From contig CM082578.2 in assembly GCA_040954595.2 (NCBI GenBank), positions 8,913,519 to 8,977,518 of the forward strand: a stretch of 64,000 nucleotides of DNA, written 5' to 3'. The stretch is from Balanoglossus misakiensis (lineage: Eukaryota > Animalia > Hemichordata). Below are positions 15,001 to 28,100 of the stretch, one piece after another (positions within the stretch are counted from its first letter, which is position 1; each line of letters starts with the position of its first letter). The notes under the pieces were generated by a model. The model did not search any database, was not told where the DNA came from, and saw only the letters and a program-made list of their open reading frames with translations. The translations under genes and the position numbers were made by a program.

Positions 15001-16381
15001 CACATTTGTGAGCATGACTGACTCTCGTCACGTTTCTTCCATATTGCCTTGTAATGTATTGCACTACCGTCCAAGATTCAATGCCAAGCAGCCAGTGAAC
15101 TGACCCAATATGACCTCACTTTGCATGACAAAAGAACACATCGCTTGACCTATCATCACTGAGGATTTTTATGATCAGCAAAAGAGATGGGTACATCACA
15201 ACAGTTAGCATGGAGGCCACAACTTGGCAATATTTTGTTGTATCTGAAGAAACAGATCATTTATAACTGGACACTCATGAAAGTACTTCAGTAGGATACA
15301 CCACTGTCACTCTAAAGATGGTACACAGAAGTCAGCAGGACCTGTCACAGTGTCATCTGCTCCAATGCACCAAAACTGAAGTTTGGCAAATTTCTTATAT
15401 AGTCACTGTCTGAGATTTGAACCAACACCGAGATGCCGCGCCTGATGTCGGCACCAAATGCACAGAATCAACATACCAGGCATCACTGAAGTGATAACAA
15501 CAAGGACAGTGATCCTCTATTTTTAGACTCAATGTGGATGCACATAAACAGTATTTGTTGATATCTCTGCGAATATCCCTGGCAGGGAAGAGCAGAGATA
15601 CCAGGCAATAATTTTAGTTCACAGACGAGACTATTACCATTTATGTGTCAATATATTGTATTCAAATAAATGTCTTGAGAATGAATGCAATGACATTCCA
15701 GTGTTCTCCCCATAGCAATTACAGAGTTCACCCTGCCATTCTGTAATTTTCGGAAAACAACAGAATCTCATTAACACAACAATTATCCATAGTGTTACAT
15801 AAATTAGCCACCACTTAACCAAGAAATTCCTGGGGAGAAGCATGAGTTCACACACTGGCACCTGCTGGAACTCTGTTGAGTCTCATGGATCAACAGACTT
15901 TCAGAGCATGAGATGTACGTAATTTATTTCCGTCTGCAGTTCATGTACATCACAGGTTAAGGAAAGTAACAAAATGAAATCTAGTGACAGATTTGTGGAA
16001 CAGTATACTCTGACACCGAGCCATATGTCAAACTCCACAGATGGATTGGTTGTTACTACATGTATATGTACCACAGACCATGTGCACACTCGTAAGACCA
16101 AAAGACCCAGTCAAATCATTGAATTAACAGTGTCTCTGACAGGTTTTAACACAAAGTTATTTGTAATCTTCAAAATGCAAGCGAGTACTGACCTTATTTC
16201 CTTCATACCACAGCAAAGCATGGTTCCTGGACAACACTTTACAGTCAAATATTGCATTATTGGAAGAAGGCTTACATCTGGCTACAGAGCGTCCAATTTT
16301 GACCGGTTCATTCAAAGGCACCCTGCGTTCTTGGAAAGGGTGTGAATTGGGACGGCACGTAAACACAGCTATAGCGGTCAT
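1..16381 (-). CDS. SLMAP: Sarcolemmal membrane-associated protein (FHA domain + coiled coil; STRIPAK subunit), 3' part runs off the left edge
   Basis: Exons (transcript order): 16381-16193, 4208-4055, 3597-3534, 2825-2744, 2452-2285, 1664-1524, 1283-977, 734-576, 363-244, 86-<1; all GT-AG and phase-compatible. Translation has the SLMAP FHA motifs ([38 protein letters not shown]; [20 protein letters not shown]; VTHGCIIST) and the coiled coil ([31 protein letters not shown]; [23 protein letters not shown]). Confidence 0.95.
14417..14559. mobile_element. Long hairpin / MITE-like palindromic element in SLMAP intron
   Basis: Perfect 49-bp inverted arms 14417-14465 and 14511-14559 (agcaataaaacacccccagccatggtataccacgagattttgaccagtt); the spacer holds a further imperfect inverted pair (catatacgcac / gtgcatatatg). 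Confidence 0.75.
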
Positions 16382-16599
16382 CTTGATTCCTTTATACAGC
16401 CAAGGCTTCCCTTCTCACAGAGAAATGTGTATGTTTTATTTGTCGTACTTTTGTTTTGGTCTTCACTTTGGCAAGACCACCGCATGCAACAGACGGGATT
16501 GTCTCACATGGGCGGGTTGATTTACGCTGAAAGAAGATCTTAGCAGAAAGACGTACACCAAAGCATTGAACCTTGCAAAATATCTTCGAGCTGAGCTTT

Positions 16600-17340
16600 A
16601 CACGAAGGTGCGAATACGTTTACATGGGAGAGAAACACGCCCTCAGCCAACCTGGATCGCATGTACTCTTCACCTTCTGTAGATCTTGCGTTCGAGTATC
16701 AACACGTACAGTCGCACAACAAAATGTCAGCAATCGTGCGCGGGCAACATAATACACGTCCTAGAAAAATAACACGACGATATACTCGCGGTCATGCTAT
16801 ACGACCGTCAAGAGGCAAAATCTTAACCGTATCCTTGAAATTTACACCAAACTTTCTTGTCAACTAAACTCCGTGTATTCCGCCATCTTGAAATTTCCAC
16901 TCGGCAGAAATCAGTGCTTCGGAACGTTGAGCGCCGTCGGTTGTGTAAGATACCTTATCGGGGATCATCTACCGCAATATTCACAGATACACAAAGAGTC
17001 CGTGCTTGTAAACAGACGCCGCAAAACCCGTGGATATTTCTTCCAAACTTTCGAGCAATCGTAAAAGAAAATCTTGCCGGATACGCTCAGCTGACTCAAA
17101 ACACTACTGCCGCCATCTTTTTTGGGACTTCACTGCCTCGTTTTCAACTTCATTGCCAACGATTCTAGAGGGCGCTAAATCCATTGCTTCCCCTTTTACG
17201 GCACTGTCGAGTTGTACTACACATGTACATAAATACTGTTCCATCGTGGGCCTATTTCGTACAGGGGAAATGACATAACTTTGCTAAGGTTTGAGGCGTA
17301 TACACATTTGTATTATGAACTACATAATCCGATGACAGGT
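16600..17340. promoter_or_regulatory. Putative CpG-rich bidirectional promoter between SLMAP (-) and Egalitarian-like gene 1 (+)
   Basis: Visible CpG enrichment between divergent genes; YY1-like CGCCATCTT motifs at 16881 and 17111. Confidence 0.5.
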
Positions 17341-17872
17341 ATGTGAACCAGTCAGTGTTTAGTTCATACTTGCTCGTTGGCCGTGTCACCGTGTGTGTGG
17401 ATGGGGGCACTCAGGGCCAGGGAAGGGCTCTGTATGGATGTCAATGTGTTCACACTAGTATCAAATCAAAGTGGGCCAAGTGACAGGGTTGGGGGCCAAA
17501 ATATAAAGACCATGTTTCAATCGATGACAACAGCATAGAGTACCGGTATATTGTATGGTCATCTGTGTACACATTGCATTGGTTGACATGGCATGCATCA
17601 TCTTGTTGTGACAGAGTCACTCCCACAATACTGCTGCCAGTGCTGGCAGACTTGAAATGTAACAAAAATATAAATGATAAACAACTATTGTGCTGTCACC
17701 TTATACTGTAAGTTGTTCAACTTATTGACAATATTTTATGACAACATTTATTTGACTCAAGACTTGAATGGGAAAATTATATCAGAGAAAGTTAAACATG
17801 ATCTTATTTTCATGTTTTCACCTTCTAGAAACAGGTCCGTGACATGCGAGTCCCTACATGTAGCTGGAAGTG

Positions 17873-20163
17873 ATGACATCACCAAACAATATGTCATCAG
17901 ATTGGACCGGGGAAGCGATCATCTTCTTCAACGTTTATCTAGCCCGTCGCAGTCCCCGAACCGTCAGCAACCTCTTTGATCTCATCTGGAACGTCCCCGT
18001 CAAGAAGTGCCCGGCGGCCGTGCGAGAGTTCCTGGGCAGGAAGGAGAGCGACTTGCGATGCTTCTTGTACGCCCAAGAGCAATACTTTGAAGTGACTGGT
18101 GACAGCGTGACCTTGCGACCCAAGAAGACCAAGGAGGAGATCGAGTCTGTGCTGAAGTCCGCCGTCCAGCAACTCACCTCAGACTCTTCTTCAGAAGATT
18201 CATCTGTACCTGCCAGAACTCAAGGAAGTGGGGCGACTCAGAAGAAGAATATCAGAATTATTGTGGACCCGGGGGAATGTGCGGATATAGTGCGGCAGAT
18301 TATGAATCAACCCTCACCAGTGGTTGCATTAGACTGTGAAGGACATAATCTTGGTAATGCATTCACTTTCTGCTAGCCATATTTCAGTATGAAATAAGTA
18401 GTGGCAATTTTATATTCAATTTACTGTTCTATGGGCTGTCATAAGTATAAATAATCACATAGAAATTAGAAACTGTGTAGTTGTGCCACAATCTCCAAAT
18501 TGCCACATCGTACAGTCATCACAGTTTTGTCATTTGGATTTTTTCTGTTCACAGGTAAATATGGAAAACTGCATCTTGTTCAGCTGGCCACATATGATGG
18601 CTGTGTGTACTTATTCGATGTGTTGGCCACAGATAGCAAGACTAGAATGTTCGTCCAGGGCAAGCTGGCTGACCTGTTAGAAAGTGACCAGGTTGTCAAG
18701 GTAATGACTTGTTTGCAGGAGAGTCCGAGTCTGAGGCTGATGCATTTATAAAATGCCTGTTTTAGTCCAAAAAGAAGAAACACAAATTCACAAACTGTAT
18801 ATTTGGACTCAAAAGCAGATGCACCTGAAACACCAGACCCGGATTTGCTTATCATTGCTACTCTCTGAAGTAGTGCGTAGCTAACCAGGTGTACATTATG
18901 TAGACTGTGATTGGTTACAACTTGTAACCAATCACAAACAGTACTTAGTGAATGATTTTTTTGAATGAGATAATATTGAATGCGGTTTCTGTGTCTGGCA
19001 CTTTATAACTGGGATGGGCACAGGGGTTAGTGTATACATAATGAGACTGACTTGTGATGTCATTCCACAGGTTATGCACAACTGTCGAGGTGACAGTGTG
19101 GTATTACACAATGAACTCGGAGTCAGCCTCAAAAATGTGTTTGACACAGAAGTAAGTACACCCCTTTTAGTAAGTTGATAGGTACAATTATATTGAACTT
19201 GCTTTGTGTAAAATCTCAAAATTGTATTTTAGTTCTCCAGCCATGTAGCATCCCCTGTCCTTCAGTAATACGCCATGAGTGTGTCTCAGCTGATTAACCT
19301 TTTCTCCCCCAGTTCCCTCTTTAGAGATCCAACCTGACCACAGAAAACAATGGGTTTGGACTGAACCATGGTGTTGAGAGGGTTAAGAGAACAGATCATG
19401 CTTGATGTGTATTTATCTGTAATGTGAACTGGAACCTGGACTATGTGAATTTTTCTCAAACGTTTTTTATTGCTATTCAACAGTGTGCATACACCACCCT
19501 GCTATCCCAGCACAACATTGTGAAGCGGGAATCGGGACCAGGATTGAACCACATCTGCGAACTCTTCGGAGGTCCCACCAACGAGATCAAGGAATCAAAG
19601 TCTTTCCGCAAGCGCATGATCTACACGCCCAACTTCTGGAGCCGTCGTCCGTTGACAACGGAGATGGTTAATTATGCAGCCAAGGATGTCACGGCTCTGG
19701 TGCCCACTGTGTATGAAAACATGAACAAGTGGGTATTGTGTGTGTGTACGTGTGTTACAGCATAGACCTTTCCTCCAGGGTCTATGGACAGTTTGGTGAA
19801 AAATGCCCATCAGATTTATAGCTGGAATCACAGACACTGCCTATGTTTTTTCCACATTTTTTTCAGTGTGGAAAACTGCCACATTTTCTTGGTAGCATCG
19901 CAGGAGTAGTTTGACTGAGAAACATTCAGAGCAGCAGCCTGTGTAGCTCCTGGAAGTGTAAAAAAAATCTGTTCACTGCTGAACTCTTATACAGCATTGA
20001 TATTAGTTCAGTACCAACACTTATAATGCATATGCTTTAATAATTTCCTGCTGATCTTGTTTTTTTTTATAGGTTAATTTCAGATGGCTGGCGCTCACTG
20101 ATGAAGAAACATTGCGAGGACAACGTAACCTGCCATTTCAATTGGAAGAGAGACAATGACTAG
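17873..20163 (+). CDS. Egalitarian/EXD1-family 3'-5' exonuclease-domain protein, paralog 1 (~347 aa; one Egl-type N-terminal domain + DEDDy domain)
   Basis: Exons 17873-18353, 18555-18700, 19071-19151, 19484-19728, 20073-20163 (TAG). ExoI VVALDCEGHNLG, ExoII KVMHNCRGD..NVFDTE, ExoIII FWSRRPLTTEMVNYAAKDV. N-terminus IIFFNVYLARRSPRTVSNL..LRCFL..YFEVTGDSVTL resembles the Egalitarian N-terminal domain. Confidence 0.85.
18906..18936. repeat. Perfect 31-bp palindrome (15-bp arms, 1-nt centre)
   Basis: tgtgattggttacaa-c-ttgtaaccaatcaca in intron 2 of Egalitarian-like paralog 1. Confidence 0.85.
19294..19386. mobile_element. Short TTAA-bounded MITE-like repeat, copy A
   Basis: Begins ttaacc, ends gggttaa; its last ~45 nt closely match 24767-24811 (agaaaacaat.ggtttggactgaaccat.gtg.tga.agggttaa). 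Confidence 0.5.
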
Positions 20164-22468
20164 CAATCGTATTTTTTATTGTAAATATTCCTCGTGCATT
20201 TCACGCTTCGATGTGTGCGGAGATTAAGAGTTGGCTAGATCAGAGATTTCCGTGCCAATCTTCACAGGGATATTCACACATTCACACATAGTTTTTGTGT
20301 ATGTCAAAAATGGAATCAAGTAGACATTTAAATCTCTATACCTAATGTGGTACTGAAATATATCAAAATCATACTTGTGCACAATATTTCTGTCAATACA
20401 TTTTAAAATATTAAGTATTTAGAATAAATAAACAGACCGGCATTACTGACGACCTAGGGAGGCATTCTTATTGTTGTTGTCAGAACTATGTATTCAGATA
20501 TTTTTACAAAACTGCCAGCTCTTGCTTGATTGCAAACAAAAGCTTCTTGTTGAAACTCCAGTAACTTTAATCAACATTGTTATTGTTAAAAATTGAATTA
20601 AAGACCGATATGCATTTTTTGTTGATAAGCTAAAGGCTGAAGATTTCATAAAGTTTATCCAGCGTAGAACAAGAAACCATAGTTGGTACACAGGAGAGAA
20701 ATAACCAAAAGTTATAGGGTTATTGTGATTTTTAGTCAAAGCTCCAGTAGCACAATAAAGCTAATTCAGAAACCAAGCCTGTGGACATGTATCACATACA
20801 GGGATTTGAACTGTCCGGCCATAGTAGAAAAATAAGCAGGCTATATTATTCTAAAGAATGTTCATATTCTAGAAATTAGAATTTTAATCCTTTACTGATG
20901 TATTAAATATAATGGATTTCCAAAATGATGGGATGGCATACATATTTGAAATACCGTTGTAGAAGTGCAATAAATGTGTCATAGTGCAGTCCCTCCTCAC
21001 AGACTCTATGTGATCGTGCATGTTGTTGGCCCATGGAGGTAACAGCACACAGCTGTCTCCCCCAAGGATCTGTCACTGATCAACTCTAAAGCATACTGTT
21101 TGCTGAGAGAAATCCCTGGGGAAATAATGCTGCTTTAGAGGTGCCTTGGACACCTTTGGGAAGCTAGACATAATAATGCCTTCCCCTAAAACTTTTTGTG
21201 GAACTTTACGTACACATCATAGAAAATCTGCTGTCCAGTCTGTTGATTGTGGCATAACACCAAATGTACTACCATGGTCTTTCATCACTGTAAATCTTCT
21301 CAATATAAAGCGAAATAAAACTTTGTTGTTTCACGAATGGAAGTTTCAAAGAGCGAGTGTTCACTTTTGACGGACGGCAAGGTTTTCCACAAATGAGCAA
21401 GTCAAACTTTTCACAGAGAATGAAAACAATATGCACATTTGGTGGCACTTTATTTGATCAAGGAATAGCACAGATTCTTTCTAGTAACAAGCAATTCAGA
21501 CACGGTGGGCATGTAACATTTTAGTGCGTTTGTAACTTCGCACACAAATCGCTTTTGTTTCTGACACATTTTATGACACCATCACACAGTCAAAAACAAA
21601 AGATGGCAATTATCGGAAACTATTGAGGGCGCACATTATCAAATGTGTTGCAAACCATCGACTCGGTCACATGGGCAATAAATTGTCGAAACGTTCCTCA
21701 ACGCTGATCAAAAATATAGGAAAATTGTCGGTAAGTTGATCACAGACAAGTAACAGCAGTGTTAGGTTGGAATCTGTAACGGAAGTTCTGTCTATATGAA
21801 ACTCTGAATATCTTGAAAATTCTGGTGACTTGAAACACGCAAGACGTTATTGGAGGTGGGTTGTGAAGCATTGCGAGGCTGAGGTCACACACGGGCCGGG
21901 CTGGGAGTTGGCGGTTTTCCGTACCGTGTTGCTCAATTTTGCCTGGCGGACCGCTTGGCTCATCATACATTAGTCCGTCGGTGACATCTGTGTCCTACTG
22001 CCGTTGTGTTTCGCTTGTGGACGAGATGTTTTAGATTTAATGCAGAAATCTTAAATATGAGTACTGTGTTCCACCGGACACTGATTGGAGATTGACACGT
22101 GAGTCTGAGACTGCGCAGTTTTAATCAATCTCGTATAAATCCAAAGCCTAGGCCTGTGATCTCGGATCAACAGGGCTGAAAGGTTTTCAAAAAGACTTTG
22201 CTGGTGATCAGATGTGTTATGACAGTAAACTTTGAAATGGAAAATGATAACGATATGAAAATTTTGCTTGCCAATTTGGGAGAACAAAAATTGCAAAGTC
22301 TACTGGTATAATGACTCAAAATGATTCAAAATTGGTTGCTGTAGATTTTGACAATTTGTTGCATCGAAGTGAGCCAGTGAAGAAGTTCCCAATACTTTTT
22401 GTTTGTCTAATAGTATAAATTACTTTTTTTCGCTCGATGTTCCAGCCAAGTTAAGGAAAACTTTCACA

Positions 22469-25151
22469 ATGCATAAGAAGGCAACCATGGCTTCGGCCGG
22501 CAACGCTTCATTCACGAAGATGTCGCCAACGGCCAGTCTGTCACTGCCAGCAGAGTCGACCGGAGAAGTCGTTTCATTTCTCCGAGTCTACCTGACCAGG
22601 AAGAACAACCGCCCTCTGCAGTCCCTATTCGACATCATCAAACAGGTGCCCGACTCCAAATGTCGACCGTCAATCAAGCGACACTTTAGCGGCAGCCCAG
22701 CTGTTCTGCGTTCCTTCATCGAAGGTCTGCCACAGTACTTCAGGATGGAGAAGGACAAAGTCGTCTTGCTGCCTTGCAAGACGCGCAGTGAAATAGAAAG
22801 CAGTCTGCGGGTTCCGAGACCGGCCGGAGATGCGTATCGCCAACCGAACAACATCTGTATCGTGACAGATCCAGTGTACAGTGCTCGAGTGGTCAACGAT
22901 TTGCTCACTCATTCCGTTATCTGTGTGGACTGTGAGGGAGAATCTTTAGGTGAGCCCTAACATGAAGGGTTTCATAAAGCAACATTTCAGATGTCGCGTA
23001 TTAAAGGGACAAAGTGACTCACTTTGAACATTATTTGGGTAATTTTAGTGCCTTTTGATAGATTATTTATATTTGTTCAGCTTGCTAAAATATGCTAGAG
23101 AACAATTGTTGAAATTGCTTTGAGGTTAGCATTTTATGAATGTTCTGTTCGCAGGCATAGCAGGCAGACTGACTTTGGTTCAGGTGTCAACTGTCAAGGG
23201 CGACGTGTACCTGTTTGACATTTTGGCCAACAAAGCAGACAGACACGCACTGTTCTATCAAGGCAGACTGAAGGAACTTCTTGAGAGTGCAGATGTAGTC
23301 AAGGTAAATGAGTTTGATCCAGTCGTTTGCCACGCAGAGTGTTGAGAGTGTGTGACTCGACTGGTTGGAACTATTGACTGACCAGGCAACAGTTCAGTAA
23401 TAATGTATGATCTCTCAGCATCTCCATAACAACCACAGGTTAATGTGCAGAAAACTGTTTGGCTGCAGTTCTGTCGTATCTGCTCATGGGGTTGTTGTTT
23501 GTTGAACAGTTTTTTAACTACCCAGTATTTTCTGTATCAGGTGTTTCACAACTGTAGAATGGACAGTGCCGCCTTGTACTGCCAGTTTGGTGTCACTCTG
23601 AGAAACGTGTTTGACACTGAGGTAAGGAAGAGTGCTTACTCATCACTCATGGCTTTTGACAGCTGTCAATCAGCCACTCCAAAAGTTAAAAGTACACAGT
23701 CACCTGTGTTAAACTATCCCATGATAAAGATCTAACGAATTTGAGGCTACATGCATGACTTACATTATCATGAGAACTCTTCGACATGCCCCTTTAACCA
23801 TGTATGGGCAGTGTACCTTTAATGTAATGACCTGTACAAGTCCTTACTATCCATTCAGTCTGAACACCAAGAGATATGTCTTTTGCCATGACAATTTAAT
23901 CATCATCCAAAGAGTACGCTCAGTAGATTTCTTTCAGTAGAACTTTTGCTAGTAGGACTACAGTATGATGAATGTATCTTTTTAGTGCATAATGACAGTG
24001 CCATGTATTTACATCTAAACACTGTATTTTCCTATTTCAGTGTGCATATCAAGTTCTAATGGACCAACACAATATTGATGTCAAACAACCCAACCCTGGT
24101 CTCAACTACATCTGCAAGCTGTTCGGAGGACCACAGAATGAGGTAAGTGTGAATCTGCATCAGTATCCTCTACCAGAGCCACAAAAATAAAATACACATC
24201 TGAATGGTATGCCTGATTGTACAAAACGTGAGCATTGACCCGAAAATTATCATTAACAAATCAAAATGAAAGAAGCTTCAACTGGTTTGATTTTGATTAA
24301 AGTATAAACATCTACTCTTTGTACATGATTGTACCATAGACCCTCGAGTTTTTCTCGAGGGTCTATGATTGTACAAGATAGTATAAGAAATTGTAATGAT
24401 TTTTTTTCTCCTATTTTGTGAAAATAGCTTGACAGTTTTGTTTAATTTTGCATCTGTGTTACTTTGGTCTGAAGGTGAACGAAGACATCAAGTACAGGAT
24501 GACACATGACCACGGATACTGGAGTTATAGACCAATGAGTCGTGATATGGTCAAGTATGCTGCTGCCGATGTCTTTGCATTGATACCGGACGTCTATTAC
24601 AACATGCAAAAGTAAGTGTCGACACCCCCATTCACCACCTTGGTTTGGTCCTAATCCATTGTTACCTGTGGTAAAATTGGACCTGTACAGGGGGCAATAG
24701 GGTTTACCCTTTCACCCCTCCCCCCCCCCCAAGTTCCAAGGCTATGAAGAGGTCCATTCTTACCATAGAAAACAATAGGTTTGGACTGAACCATTGTGGT
24801 GAAAGGGTTAAAGGTGGGTGTTATCAGCTTGTGTCAGGGCACTGTATTTTACTGATTACTCACTTGATAATGGTTTGCTTGGATAGTTACAACTGAGGGC
24901 TTCAGAGTGAGACTCAAATGAGAGAGTTGTTCATATACACATACCATGTTACAATGGAGTTCAAGTTTGTGGTTGTTGCATGGCCAACTACCAAGATTGC
25001 CATGAGTATAGGCCTGCACTATTTACATGATGAACAGCGATTGACTCTCTTTTTCAGAGCTCTGCATCCAGGGTGGACATCCCAACTCCAACTTCTGTGC
25101 CAGGCCAACGTAGACTGGCACTTCAGCAGACACGGGGCAGAATACAACTAG
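22469..25151 (+). CDS. Egalitarian/EXD1-family 3'-5' exonuclease-domain protein, paralog 2 (~341-347 aa)
   Basis: Start ATG 22469 or 22487 (accATGg). Exons 22469-22949, 23155-23303, 23541-23621, 24041-24142, 24475-24611, 25058-25151 (TAG). Motifs ICVDCEGESLG, KVFHNCRMD..LRNVFDTE, YWSYRPMSRDMVKYAAADV. Four intron positions shared with paralog 1, plus one extra intron. Confidence 0.85.
24335..24367. mobile_element. 33-bp palindromic micro-insertion with 7-bp flanking direct repeat
   Basis: attgtac-[catagaccctcgag ttttt ctcgagggtctatg]-attgtac; a related catagacc...ggtctatg unit lies at 19761-19786. Confidence 0.65.
24625..24811. mobile_element. TTAA-ended MITE-like repeat with degenerate terminal inverted repeats, copy B
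   Basis: Left ttcaccaccttggtttggtcctaatccattgtt is an imperfect reverse complement of right aacaataggtttggactgaaccattgtggtgaa; ends gggttaa. Confidence 0.55.
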
Positions 25152-28100
25152 GCTGTGCATGTGGACCTCTGCATGAAGATACACCCTGTTGCTTTAAAGA
25201 TGGACTCCAAAAAGAAAGTTTTGACACTCAAGTGTAACTTGCAGAGATGATTCACTGCAATTTTGTGTTTGAAATATTTGTTTTAAAATGCTTTTTAAAT
25301 ATACAGGCATGTTATTTTTCATACATCAAACCTCCAGACCCTTTGTTTAAAACATTTCCAACATGCTTTTGCAAAAAAATGCCTGAACTGACTTCGGCCC
25401 ACATAACTTCCATGATTTTTCTCTGAATCTGTTGACCCAGTGGGGACTAGGACATCGACGATGACTGATTAACATGATATTTAAGGTCATTGGCCTATTG
25501 TTACACCACAGTCCCTCCACACTTTCTTGAGGGACTTGTACTGTTGGAATGTGTAGTCATTACAGTCGAAAATAAACTTTTCAAATTAACATTCAACTGA
25601 GAATGATTTTCTTGATTTACTCATACATTATTTATTTACTATTTAATTCTTTCAACGTCAGTGTACTTGATCAATAATCTATATGAAACTATTTTAGTAC
25701 TCCATATACAGTGGGAATAATTATATCCTAATTAATGAGAATTCAACCAATTTTAGGGCATAATTCAGACCAAGATTTTGAGTACTTTTAATGCCATTTT
25801 CTCACATCAGCGGCAACCAAGCCATTTCATCCCAAGCATACATTACTACTGGCTAGATCGGATAGATGATAGAATCGCATTATGTGCACTGCAGGGCGAC
25901 CTCTAAACTCACAAAGTAGCCACTCTAAACTCGCATCGGACCATAGTTGTCCGCAGACACTTCCTGATCATCGCAATGCCTCATACAAGGGGGGACACTT
26001 GCTGGTGAGATAAACTATGCAGGGGCCGGGGCCCACCGTTCCATAAGCGAGTTTGATTGACATTTGTGACACTTCTGAGGCACCACCCCCAAACTTCGCC
26101 ATGACTTTATCACCCGGCTTTATCATCGTCTTTCAACTGTTTTGGCATCGGGGGAACCATGTATTTTCCCCTTTTTCATTCGCAATTTAAAATAAGACAA
26201 CGCTAATTTAGTGAAAATAAAACGTAGCAGAATACCTATGCGTGAATTATGCAGCTGCGCCCACGCAAAACTGAAGGTCTGTGCCAGCGCAAGCGACAAC
26301 GTGTGCGTTGCGGTGGGCGGAGCCTATTACTCGCATGGATAGATAGATATACGTGTACATGTACTATAAGTCTGGTTTTCCCGCAACAAAATATGCTCAG
26401 ACTATTTTGGGTGCAAACAGAAAGATTGCAACTAGGACTCGAGTGCCGCAGTCTAGCCAAAAACAGCCAGGCCAATGGCGTTTCCCGTTTTGGGCGACGA
26501 AATCATGTCCCATATGTATTTACATTGTAATCATGGCGATATTATAGAAATACCTCCATGATAGAATATTGTCCCTGCACCCTAATAGCCCGGTAAATGT
26601 GGCGATTATCAGGGTTAATATTGATACAATTAAACCACAATGGCGTGGACCACCTTAAAACTGATAACGGTGTACTTCGATTGGCAGTAGGCCCATGAGC
26701 CCACGCATAAGAGAGAGGAGAGAGAAAATTATTTGACGGAATGGTTTTCTGCATGTGTAGAAATAAGGCCTAATGTTTATCACTCTGTTAAGAAAGTGGG
26801 TAAAATACTGCAATTGAAAGGAATGCAGACAACATTTTGCAGATTCTGTCGTACTGGAGAAAATGTAGAGAAACTGAAACAAAGACTACAGTTCTGTATG
26901 TTTCCACGGTTGTAATCAAAAATGTAAATTACAGAATGTCTTCATTTCGTTCAATCCATGGAATACATGATACATACATGAAGATTAAATCTTGAATGCT
27001 TTAGACATGCATAATATGTGGCAGTCACTGCATATTCAATTTTCCCACTAAGCCATACACAATTAATAGGGAGATTATGGAGAAAAATTCTGCTGTGATA
27101 TAGTGTATGTGCACAAATTGACAGCTCGTTTGCCTGCAAGACCAATCATTCACTTCCTGACAGAACCCCCAAAATGACTAGAGGAGAACACATTCAGGAG
27201 ATGTCTTTGCTGAAAGATGGGAAATGTTGTGAGCCTTCACAGCTATGACACAGTGCTGTATATTCTAATTGTTAAAAACGGTATACATTAAAATTTATGC
27301 GGTCAACATACATCAGTTATTATTATTATTATCATTATTATAATGATGGATTTCTTTAAAAACCACTACACAATGTCTCTCAGTGTGTTATCCCCACATC
27401 AAAAACCATTACCAATAGCAATGCTGTCTTCAAAGGGAGTTTTTGCAAAGCCCGTTCAAAGCCATCAATACTTCCAGCATCGCGAATCTTGGAGTTCAGG
27501 GATGGTTTTAGAGGGATAGGAGGCTGAATAGATTTCCCGGATTACTTACAACTGTGCATGGCGATGATCATGAATATTCCAAGACAATTACACAGCAGAA
27601 GCAGAGAGACTGTTGCATTCAAACAATGAAACACCCATGAACCTTCATGTCAGATCGTGACAATTAGCATATACTTCTCTCGCAGATCAAATGGAATTTT
27701 GGAGGTTAAATGCAGATGGGAGGTCCAACATTATATGGAGAAATCTGCGCAATATCCCATGGTCACACGTTTGTAAACATGAGTGAAATGGTCTTGATGT
27801 AAAATGCAGAACTCTTCATTGAGAAAAGCATTTTTGAAGAACTCGGAGACAAGTATGGCCTCATTCGTGATTATTAAATCAAAACACAAATATTAATTTT
27901 GCAGATATCATTTTAATATGACTTAAATTGAAATGACAATTTAAGAAAGAAACATGTGATAGCTGTTTTTAAAAAAAATAGCAATTTTTATGACCTCCAC
28001 ATGACCTTTTTACCTAGGTATATTTGTTCAAGGTAAGAATCCATCTTTAAAAAAAAATATTAATCAGTAATTATATGAAGTTGTAGCTATCTAATTCTGT

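Noticed and set aside
4209-16192. Short ORFs in the large SLMAP intron as nested genes or transposases
   Set aside because: Short (about 120 aa or less), no recognisable motifs, no consistent exon chain.
17873-25151. Assigning the symbol EXD1 or egl to the exonuclease pair
   Set aside because: No Lsm-like N-terminus as in EXD1, and far shorter than Egalitarian; orthology needs a tree.
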